From Patescibacteria group bacterium (lineage in GTDB: Bacteria > Patescibacteriota > Microgenomatia > JAMCZE01), in contig JAMCRP010000001.1 in NCBI GenBank assembly GCA_023380635.1, positions 469,200 through 533,199 on the forward strand: a stretch of DNA of 64,000 nucleotides, in the 5' to 3' direction. The notes beneath the pieces are model-generated. The model searched no databases, had not been told where the DNA came from, and saw nothing but the letters and a program-made list of their open reading frames with translations. Positions 56,180-63,674 of this stretch are shown in pieces. The position numbers and the translations under genes were made by a program. Position 1 is the first letter of the stretch. Every line of letters starts with the position of its first letter.

Positions 56180-56683
56180 ATGAAAAAAGTTAGTCTCTTT
56201 GTTCTGGTTCTATTCTTTCTGAGTCTGTCCTTTTCCAAATCAATTTTGGCGGCCGGAGTGGAGTACAACCTGCCTTACCCGGGGATTTTGCCGGATAGCC
56301 CGCTTTATATTTTCAAAGTAGCCCGGGATAATCTTTTCGAGTTGATTTTGCTGGACCCAAAACAAAAAGCCTTTTATCTGCTTCTTATGGCGGACAAACG
56401 GTTGTCAGCCGGATTTATTCTGATTAATAACGGCAAAACTGATTTGGGAGTGACCACAATTACTCAGGGGCAGCAGGATTACACTCGGGCCGTGGACTTG
56501 GCGGTTAAAAATAAAGACGCAAATCTGCTGTCGAAACTGGCCGTGGCCGGAGCCAAACACGAGGAAGTGATTACTCTTTTACAGCCAAAAGTTACTGATA
56601 ATAAAAGTGCCGAATTGCAAAAAGCTCTCGACGCCGACCAAAATGACAAAAACCGAGTACTGGAGTTATCGATGACGAAGTAA
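56180..56683 (+). CDS. DUF5667-like secreted helical protein
   Basis: Signal peptide, 'YNLPYPGILPDSPLY..K..RD', 'ADKRL'. Confidence 0.75.
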   Translation: MKKVSLFVLVLFFLSLSFSKSILAAGVEYNLPYPGILPDSPLYIFKVARDNLFELILLDPKQKAFYLLLMADKRLSAGFILINNGKTDLGVTTITQGQQDYTRAVDLAVKNKDANLLSKLAVAGAKHEEVITLLQPKVTDNKSAELQKALDADQNDKNRVLELSMTK

Positions 56684-56744
56684 AATTCCCGCAAAAATTT
56701 TGCGGCTGCCTCAAAAAATAAAATTGATTTCCTCTGATACAAAA

Positions 56745-56806
56745 GTTAGTAGTTGACTGAACTAACGGCCGGGTTTACCTTGTATGCTGCCACTGTCAAA
56801 AGTGGC
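56745..56806 (+). promoter_or_regulatory. Putative nrdJ promoter with an operator-like inverted repeat and a 5' hairpin
   Basis: TTGACT(56753)-N17-TACCTT(56776); GTTAGT-N10-ACTAAC spans the -35; hairpin GCCACT-N6-AGTGGC at 56789-56806. Confidence 0.45.
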
Positions 56807-56819
56807 GTTTTAATTTCTT

Positions 56820-59312
56820 ATGGCGCAAGTTGATCCGCAAACCAAAATTACCGAACCGATTCCGGCTATTGTCCGGCCGGGGCGCCCACCAAAGGCGGAA
56901 GTTCCAAATTCCAAGCACCAAATTCCAAACACCCAGAACTCTACTAATACCAATATTAGTATTGTGCCGCCGATGCCGGAAGATCTGCCTCAGGGTCACT
57001 GGAGCGAACAGGCGGAAAAAGTCCTGCGGGAAAGATATCTTCTAAAAAACGAAAGCGGCGAGATTCTGGAAACTGCGGATCAGATGTGCTGGCGGGTTGC
57101 CTGGGACATAGCTTGCGCTGAAGCCAATTTCGGCCACAGCTACGAGAGGATTATGGAAGTAGCCCGGCAGTATTATCACCTTCTGGCCACCCACGAATTC
57201 TTGCCCAATTCTCCAACCTTAATGAATGCCGGCAAAAATAACGGCTTGCAGTACAGCGGCTGTTACGTGTTGCCGATTGACGACTCATTAATCGGCATTT
57301 TTGACGGGATCAAATACGCTGCCATTATCCACCAAAGCGGTGGGGGCACGGGTTTTTCTTTTTCGAGATTGCGGCCGGCCGGGTCCCGGGTTGGTTCTTC
57401 ACATGGAGTGGCTTCCGGGCCGGTATCCTTTCTGCAGGTTTACGACAGCGCTACTGAACAAATTAAACAGGGCGGGTCTCGCCGGGGTGCCAACATGGGA
57501 GTGTTACGCATTGACCATCCCGATGTTTTGAAATTCATTCATTGTAAAGAAGACGGCGGGATAACAAACTTCAATATTTCCGTGGCCGTCACCGATAAGT
57601 TTATTCAGGCTGTAAAAGAGGGGACTACTTATGATCTTATTGACCCGCACACCAAAAAAGTGACTGCTCAACTGGATGCCCGTCAGGTGATGGAAGAAAT
57701 TGCTCAGGGGGCCTGGAAAACCGGTGACCCGGGCCTGATTTTTATTGACCGGATAAACGCGGGGTCGGGCAATCCCGTGCCGTCTTTGGGCCCGGTAGAG
57801 ACCACAAACCCCTGCGGCGAGCAACCACTCTATCCGTTTGATGTCTGCAATCTCGGCAGTATCTTCTTAACCTACTTTGTTAAAGATAATAATGGCCAAA
57901 AAGAGGTTGATTGGGAAAAACTGGAAAAAGTGACCAAACTGGCTGTCCGGTTTCTGGATAGCGTCATTGAAAGAAATCCTTACCCGCTTCCCCAGGTGCG
58001 GGAAATGTCCCGCTTGATCCGCCGGATTGGCCTGGGAGTAGGGGGCTGGGCGGACATGCTTGTCCAGTTGGGTATTCCCTATAACAGCGATGAAGCCATT
58101 GTCCTGGCGGAAAAAGTGATGGGCTTTGTCAAGGAAAAGTCGCACGAAGCCTCACAAGAATTAGCACAAGAGCGCGGGACTTTTCCCATGTTTGCCGAAA
58201 GTATTTACCGAGACGGTCCGGCGATGCGTAACGCTACAGTGACGACCATTGCCCCGACCGGTTCCATTGGCGTGATTGCTCACACTTCGACCGGCATTGA
58301 ACCACTGTTTGCCATCGCTTTCAAGCATGTCGTCAAAGATAAATTTCTGGACCGGGAAATGAGTTACTTTAATAATTATTTTGAAAAAGCCGCAATCGGT
58401 CAGTCCTGGTATACCCCGGAAGTCAAAGAAAAAATTGTCACCCAGGGAACTATTGCCCATATTAACGAAATCCCCGAAGAAGTCCGCCGGGTCTTTGCCA
58501 CGGCTCACGAAATTTCTTATGACTGGCATGTCAAAATGCAGGCGGCTTTTCAAAAATACACCGATAACGCCGTGTCTAAAACAATAAATCTTCCTCATGA
58601 CGCCACCGCTGAAGACATTAAAAATGCCTACCTTTTGGCCTACGAGACGGGCTGCATGGGGATCACAGTCTACCGTGACGGCTGCAAAGACATGCAGGTG
58701 TTAAATTTGGGGACCAAAACCAAAGAGGCTAAAGAAGAACCCAAGACTAACGGCCACGCAGTGACGGCGGCCGCGGAAATAATGCCGCGGCCGGTGAAAG
58801 TGGACGGAGCCACTTATAAAATCGAAACGCCTTTAGGCCGGGCTTACATTACCGTTAACCAGGATGCCGAAGGCAATCCCTACGAAGTTTTTATCAGCGT
58901 CGGCAAGGCGGGTTCAGAAGTAGCGGCTATGGCCGAAGCGATCGGAAGACTAATATCCACGACTTTGCGTTTTGGTAATCATCTGCCGGCCCGCGAACGG
59001 GCCAGGGAGATAGTTAACCAATTGCATGGCATTGGCGGTGGCAGTGCCGTCGGCTTTGGACCCAACCGGGTTCGCAGCTTACCCGATGCGGTGGCCAAAG
59101 CGATCAGCATGCATTTTGGGTTAAGCGGCCAAATTGATATTGCCAATTTGAAACTGGACGCGGAAGCGCAAAGAGCCAAAGCCGAAGACCCAACCCTTAG
59201 TCCTAAATATCTTTCCGCCAAGCGTGATCTTTGTCCCTCCTGCGGGGCCGCAGCCTTTGTTTTTGAAGAAGGCTGCTCCAAATGTTACGCCTGTGGCTAT
59301 TCAAAATGCTAA
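56820..59312 (+). CDS. nrdJ: Adenosylcobalamin-dependent ribonucleotide reductase (class II) with TSCPD and Zn-ribbon tail
   Basis: 'F.PNSPTLMNAG', 'QGG.RRGANM', 'TNPCGEQ', 'TIAPTG', 'SKT.NLP', C-terminal 'CP.CG...EGC..C..CG.SKC'. Confidence 0.95.
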   Translation: MAQVDPQTKITEPIPAIVRPGRPPKAEVPNSKHQIPNTQNSTNTNISIVPPMPEDLPQGHWSEQAEKVLRERYLLKNESGEILETADQMCWRVAWDIACAEANFGHSYERIMEVARQYYHLLATHEFLPNSPTLMNAGKNNGLQYSGCYVLPIDDSLIGIFDGIKYAAIIHQSGGGTGFSFSRLRPAGSRVGSSHGVASGPVSFLQVYDSATEQIKQGGSRRGANMGVLRIDHPDVLKFIHCKEDGGITNFNISVAVTDKFIQAVKEGTTYDLIDPHTKKVTAQLDARQVMEEIAQGAWKTGDPGLIFIDRINAGSGNPVPSLGPVETTNPCGEQPLYPFDVCNLGSIFLTYFVKDNNGQKEVDWEKLEKVTKLAVRFLDSVIERNPYPLPQVREMSRLIRRIGLGVGGWADMLVQLGIPYNSDEAIVLAEKVMGFVKEKSHEASQELAQERGTFPMFAESIYRDGPAMRNATVTTIAPTGSIGVIAHTSTGIEPLFAIAFKHVVKDKFLDREMSYFNNYFEKAAIGQSWYTPEVKEKIVTQGTIAHINEIPEEVRRVFATAHEISYDWHVKMQAAFQKYTDNAVSKTINLPHDATAEDIKNAYLLAYETGCMGITVYRDGCKDMQVLNLGTKTKEAKEEPKTNGHAVTAAAEIMPRPVKVDGATYKIETPLGRAYITVNQDAEGNPYEVFISVGKAGSEVAAMAEAIGRLISTTLRFGNHLPARERAREIVNQLHGIGGGSAVGFGPNRVRSLPDAVAKAISMHFGLSGQIDIANLKLDAEAQRAKAEDPTLSPKYLSAKRDLCPSCGAAAFVFEEGCSKCYACGYSKC

Positions 59313-59528
59313 GGCCGCCGGATTTTGGCCCGGAAATATTTCTGCAAACAGTTGGCCCGAAAGCGATGGAAAAAGACGCTATCGCTTCTAAGGGACCGAA
59401 TGAAGTTTCGGTAAGAGCAGTAATTCTCCCGTATTCTCTGAGGAAAAGAGCCGAAGTAGCGAAGCTTAGTCTCCCCCGGATCGATTTTAGCCCTTCCCAA
59501 AAGGCCGCTCTCTCTGGCTCGTAGTTAG

Positions 59529-59915
59529 CTAAATCAGCTCGAAGTCGATGATGATGAAGGGGTCGTCGTCGGCAATAGAACGACCCAGATAGGCATAATA
59601 GCCGCTTAAAATTTGCCGCTGGTGTTCTTTGTTTTCCGGCGCTTCGTGGCCAGGATTGGTTAAAGGTAAATCTTTAAAAAAGGTTTTTTTCTTTCCGGTA
59701 ATAACTGCCTTGTAAGAAGGTTCGGGCTTGTTGTTTTCCCGGATAATGATGGTGTCCCCAATATTTAAATAATCATACTTATTGCCGTAGCGATAGGTAG
59801 AAGACTTCTTCTTTGCTTTGACAAATTCAATCAGTTCCGGCGGAAAATAAATTTCCCCCTTCGGATTATTAATTTTAGATGTCCAAACTGTAGTTTTCTT
59901 GGGGGCTTTTAACAT
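59529..59915 (-). CDS. ASCH/PUA-like hypothetical protein
   Basis: 'K.STYR', 'L.IGD.I', 'F.DLP', 'YY', 'I.F.L' pattern. Confidence 0.55.
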   Translation of the reverse strand: MLKAPKKTTVWTSKINNPKGEIYFPPELIEFVKAKKKSSTYRYGNKYDYLNIGDTIIIRENNKPEPSYKAVITGKKKTFFKDLPLTNPGHEAPENKEHQRQILSGYYAYLGRSIADDDPFIIIDFELI

Positions 59916-59939
59916 AAAGATATGATACTATAGCTCCAA

Positions 59940-60383
59940 ATGAAGATCTATACTAAAAAGGGAGATAAGGGGGAGACGGGGTTAATCGGTGGTAAACGGG
60001 TGCCCAAAACCGATCCGGTGGTGGAGGCGTTGGGGACAATTGACGAGTTGAACGCCCACCTTGGTAATTTGAATTTGCCTTTGGAAAAAATTCAGCAAGA
60101 CCTGATGGCTCTTGCCTCGGAGGTGGCCGGCGGCAAAAAAGCCAGAGTAAATGAAAAATGGCTGGAAAAAGAGATTGACCGGATGGAAAAAGAGCTGCCG
60201 CCGCTGCACAATTTTATCCTGCCGACGGGGTCAGTGCACCTGGCCCGGGCGGTGTGCCGGCGGACGGAGCGGCGGGTGACGGCAGTGCTTGGTTACTCAA
60301 AGTACCTGAACCGTTTGTCTGACTACTTGTTTGTTTTGGCCCGCTGGGTGACCCGCGAAAAATCTTACCGTGCGCCTTCTTAA
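59940..60383 (+). CDS. pduO: Cob(I)alamin adenosyltransferase, PduO type
   Basis: 'IYTK.GD.GET.L.GG.RV.K', 'G.IDELN', 'AR.VCRR.ER', 'YLNRLSD.LF..AR'. Confidence 0.93.
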   Translation: MKIYTKKGDKGETGLIGGKRVPKTDPVVEALGTIDELNAHLGNLNLPLEKIQQDLMALASEVAGGKKARVNEKWLEKEIDRMEKELPPLHNFILPTGSVHLARAVCRRTERRVTAVLGYSKYLNRLSDYLFVLARWVTREKSYRAPS

Positions 60384-60852
60384 CAAGATAATGGGCCTTG
60401 AGTAACTGGTAAATAAACCACTCGACCAGCCAGCGAAATCCGGAAGAAGTCGGTTTGGTTAAACCGATTCCCAATTGCTCGTCAGTTAAGGCGACTCCCC
60501 GAATCGTAAAATCCGCCACCTGGGCAATAGGAGTATCAATAGTTACAGTCGGCTGGATTCCCATCTCACGGGCGGCCGGTTCCGGCAGTTTGACTTCTCC
60601 GGATTCTACTTTTTCCACGCCTCCCATTTCGGCAATAGCCTTTTCCAGCTCAATTTCCCGAGCGTAACTTTCCCAGTATTGGTCGCCCTCCTCCTTGGCC
60701 ACCTTATCCGCTTCCTGATAGTTGGGTTCCGACTCTTTGGTTGCCGGCGCAGCAGGGGCGGTTTGGGGGATAATCGGTGTTGGGTTTGGCGCCTGCGGAT
60801 CAGGCGTAATGTCTAACGGGATTCCGTTATGGGTCGGGGCAGGATTATCCAT
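60214..60852 (-). CDS. Hypothetical protein divergent from the VirD4-like gene
   Basis: Pro-rich N-terminus and 'LT.EQ......PTS...RWL.EW...QL..AH'. 3' end overlaps pduO antisense. Confidence 0.65.
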   Translation of the reverse strand: MDNPAPTHNGIPLDITPDPQAPNPTPIIPQTAPAAPATKESEPNYQEADKVAKEEGDQYWESYAREIELEKAIAEMGGVEKVESGEVKLPEPAAREMGIQPTVTIDTPIAQVADFTIRGVALTDEQLGIGLTKPTSSGFRWLVEWFIYQLLKAHYLVKKAHGKIFRGSPSGPKQTSSQTNGSGTLSNQALPSPAAPSAGTPPGPGALTPSAG

Positions 60853-60874
60853 GAGAAAATGATATCATAGTCCT
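60853..60874. promoter_or_regulatory. Symmetric bidirectional -10 promoter
   Basis: CAT-N6-ATGATATCAT-N6-ATG: TATCAT on both strands, each 6 nt from a start codon. Confidence 0.6.
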
Positions 60875-63238
60875 ATGGATTTGGTGGCCAACTTTTCGAC
60901 CTTTATGGTGGGTTTGGTCTTCGTCTTAATCGGCCTGGGTCTTCTAGCCGGTGTGGGCGCGGTAGCGGGCTATTTTTTTCTCCAATTCTATAAATGGCGG
61001 GGGCGGGAGGACAATGCCTTAACTTTTGTCACTCTCCAGGTGGCCGTGCCCAAAGATAACGAGATCAAAATTGACGCCATGGAGCAGTTTTTTGCTTCCC
61101 TGTACACTCTTTTTAAAAGCAAGAAGATGTTTTTTGATATGCTGGATTTAACCTGGTCAGTGCCCCAGGATCATCTCGCTTTTGAAATTGTCGGCCAGCC
61201 GGGCGATATCCGTTTTTATATTTCCGTCCCTTCAAAGCACCGCGAGTTGATCGAAAAGCAGATTCATGGCACCTATCCGGGAGCGATGGTGACGGAAGTT
61301 GAGGACCCTAACATCTTTACGGAAAACGGGGAAGTGGCTTACGCTTCCCTCAAATTAAAATCTTCCAACTACTATCCCATTAAAGTTTTCCGCGATCTGG
61401 CCGTTGACCCGATGTCTTTAATTACCTCGTCACTGGCGAAGTTAAACCCGGGCGAAGCGGCGGCCATACAATATGTTGTGGCGCCGGCGGACGGGAAGTG
61501 GCGCTCCCAGGGCCGAAGATTTATTTCTAAAACCAAGAAAAACGAAGCCGATCCGGAAAAGGCTCGGTTTAATGTTGACGCCAAAACGCTGGAGGCGATT
61601 GAAAACAAAACCAGTAAGCCAGGTTTTGCAACTTCTATCCGGATTGTGGCCAACGCTCCTACCAAAGAAGAGGCCAAAGTGATCCTGGATAATTTAAAAA
61701 GCTCGTTTACCCAGTTTTCCTCGGACCAGAATAATTTTAAAAACGACAAGATCCGTATCCAGCAGAATTTTATGACGGATTTCATTTACCGCTTCCAGCC
61801 GCTGTTCGCCAAGCCGCCGGTCTTAACTTCCGAAGAACTGGCGACGGTTTTCCATTTTCCCAATAAATCGATCGAAACGCCCAATATTTTCTGGCTCAAC
61901 GCCAAACGGGCGCCGGCCCCGCAGGAGATTCCCGAAAAAGGCGATATTTACCTGGGTAAATCCATTTACCGCGGCCAGGAGCGGCCGGTCAGTCTGCTTA
62001 ATCCGGACCGCCGACGCCATGTCTATATTGTCGGCGCCACCGGAACGGGAAAATCCACACTTTTGGCCCAGATGATTTTGCAGGACATTAGGGCGGGCCG
62101 GGGAGTGTGCTTTATTGATCCCCATGACACCTACGAGCAAGTTATGGAAAGTATTCCGCCGGAAAGAGCCGAAGATGTCATTTATTTCGATGTTTCCGAT
62201 CACGAACGGCCGTTCGGTTGGAACATCATGGAAGCAAAAGATGACTATGAGCGGCATATGACGGTGACCGGCTTTATCGGGTTACTTTACAAGCTTTTTG
62301 ATCCGCACCAGACCGGTATTGTCGGCCCGCGTTTGGAACATTCTGTCCGTAACGCCATGTTAACCGTGATGGAAGCGGAACCGCGGGGAACTATTATCGA
62401 AGTGATGCGCGTCCTGCAGGATCCGGGCGGCCCGTATCTTCAGGAACTCCTGCCTCGGGTAACCGATCCGTTGGTGAAACGCTTCTGGACGGAGCAAATT
62501 GCCGCTACAAGCGAGTTTCATAAGTCGGAAACTTTGGACTACATTGTTTCCAAATTCGGCCGGTTTGTCACCAATAAATTAATGCGCAACATCGTAGGTC
62601 AGTCCCAAAGTTCGTTTAATTTCCGCCAAGCCATGGACGAGGGAAAAATCATTATCGTCAATCTGGCCAAAGGTTTAATCGGGGAAGAGAATAGCTCCTT
62701 TATGGGCACACTTCTGGTCCCCAAAATTCTTTCCGCCGCGACTTCCCGGCAGAATATTCCCGCCGAAGCCCGCCGGGATTTTTATCTTTATGTTGACGAG
62801 TTTCAAAACTTTGCCACCCCGGATTTTGCCACGATTTTGTCTGAGGCCAGAAAGTACGCCCTTAATTTAACTGTCGCGAATCAGTTTATCGCCCAGGTCG
62901 AAGAAGACATTAAAAATGCGATTTTTGGCAATGTCGGCACGAAGATCGCCTTCCGGGTGGGTGTCGCCGACGCCCAGTTTTTGGCCCATGAGTACGCTCC
63001 CACCTTTGGCGAATCGGATTTAATTAAGGTTGAAGCTTTTAACGCCTATGTCAAAACCCTGGTAAATAACGAACCGACTTCGGCCTTCAGTTTGGAAATT
63101 GATCATGATTTTGGCAAAATCAATGCCCAGCGCAACAAAAAAGTGGCGGAAATGATTAAAGAATTGTCTTCCCTTAAATACGGCCGCGATGTTCGGGAAG
63201 TGGAAGCGGAAATCGCTTCCCGAAGCCACCTCTTTTAA
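60875..63238 (+). CDS. VirD4/TraG/TrwB-like type IV coupling ATPase
   Basis: N-terminal TM, 'DRRRH.YI.G.TGTGKS', 'IDPH', 'YVDEFQNF', 'EARKY.L.L..ANQ', 'GNVGT...FRVG'. Confidence 0.88.
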   Translation: MDLVANFSTFMVGLVFVLIGLGLLAGVGAVAGYFFLQFYKWRGREDNALTFVTLQVAVPKDNEIKIDAMEQFFASLYTLFKSKKMFFDMLDLTWSVPQDHLAFEIVGQPGDIRFYISVPSKHRELIEKQIHGTYPGAMVTEVEDPNIFTENGEVAYASLKLKSSNYYPIKVFRDLAVDPMSLITSSLAKLNPGEAAAIQYVVAPADGKWRSQGRRFISKTKKNEADPEKARFNVDAKTLEAIENKTSKPGFATSIRIVANAPTKEEAKVILDNLKSSFTQFSSDQNNFKNDKIRIQQNFMTDFIYRFQPLFAKPPVLTSEELATVFHFPNKSIETPNIFWLNAKRAPAPQEIPEKGDIYLGKSIYRGQERPVSLLNPDRRRHVYIVGATGTGKSTLLAQMILQDIRAGRGVCFIDPHDTYEQVMESIPPERAEDVIYFDVSDHERPFGWNIMEAKDDYERHMTVTGFIGLLYKLFDPHQTGIVGPRLEHSVRNAMLTVMEAEPRGTIIEVMRVLQDPGGPYLQELLPRVTDPLVKRFWTEQIAATSEFHKSETLDYIVSKFGRFVTNKLMRNIVGQSQSSFNFRQAMDEGKIIIVNLAKGLIGEENSSFMGTLLVPKILSAATSRQNIPAEARRDFYLYVDEFQNFATPDFATILSEARKYALNLTVANQFIAQVEEDIKNAIFGNVGTKIAFRVGVADAQFLAHEYAPTFGESDLIKVEAFNAYVKTLVNNEPTSAFSLEIDHDFGKINAQRNKKVAEMIKELSSLKYGRDVREVEAEIASRSHLF

Positions 63239-63262
63239 CATAATCTGCTAGAATACCATTAG

Positions 63263-63334
63263 GGATCCGTAGCTCAATGGTAGAGCAGATGTCTTATACA
63301 CATCATGTTGTAGGTTCGAGTCCTACCGGATCCA
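63263..63334 (+). tRNA. tRNA with anticodon UAU (tRNA-Ile(UAU))
   Basis: Cloverleaf: acceptor GGATCCG/CGGATCC, D arm GCTC/GAGC, anticodon stem GATGT/ACATC with loop CT-TAT-AC, T arm GTAGG-TTCGAGT-CCTAC, discriminator A. CCA not encoded. Confidence 0.93.
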
Positions 63335-63372
63335 CCGCAGCCCGAAAACACCTTAGAGAGAAGGTGAGAAAT

Positions 63373-63621
63373 ATGGGCAAGACAGTTGGCACGGTTTCAC
63401 ATTACTTTGACCACATAGGAGTCGCGGTTCTAGATTTAACGGGGCAAATCGCACTAGGCGATTCGATCGATATTGTGGGTAAAACCGGCCCCAAGTTTTC
63501 ACAAACGGTCACTTCGATGCAGGTGGATCACCAACCAGTTAAAACCGCCAAGAAAGGAGACGAAGTGGCAATCAAAGTCGATATGCCGGTCAAAGACGGA
63601 GATACAATCGAGAAAGAGTAA
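63373..63621 (+). CDS. Small EF-Tu domain II-like beta-barrel protein
   Basis: 'VG.V.HYF..I.VA', 'GD.I', 'F.Q.V.SMQ.DH.....AK.G....IK....V..GD'. SD AAGGTGA. Confidence 0.85.
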   Translation: MGKTVGTVSHYFDHIGVAVLDLTGQIALGDSIDIVGKTGPKFSQTVTSMQVDHQPVKTAKKGDEVAIKVDMPVKDGDTIEKE

Positions 63622-63674
63622 ATTAGTTCTTTAAAAATCTTCACAAGTGTAAGATACTCCTTTTTGTTGCTTTT

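Noticed and set aside
56789-56806. Cobalamin riboswitch upstream of nrdJ, suggested by GCCACTG
   Set aside because: The other conserved elements (GGGAA, CCCGC, B12 box) are absent and the leader is too short. A convincing NrdR box was not found either.
56820-59312. Intein or intron in nrdJ
   Set aside because: Length is normal, motifs are contiguous, and no intein or homing-endonuclease signatures were seen.
59282-59524. ORF downstream of nrdJ
   Set aside because: No motif or clear initiation signal, and a competing ORF lies on the other strand; it cannot be supported.
63263-63334. Reassignment of AUA to Val or Met
   Set aside because: ATA codons fall at Ile-compatible positions in GAPDH (AIRVP, SAIVD). 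TGA is also used as a normal stop, so genetic code 25 does not apply.
9504-63334. An integrated ICE or prophage bounded by the tRNA
   Set aside because: No integrase, relaxase, phage genes or duplicated tRNA 3' end were seen, and the interval holds oriC and core genes.
63277-63372. N-terminal extension of ORF 63277-63621
   Set aside because: It overlaps the tRNA; the real start is ATG 63373 with SD AAGGTGA.
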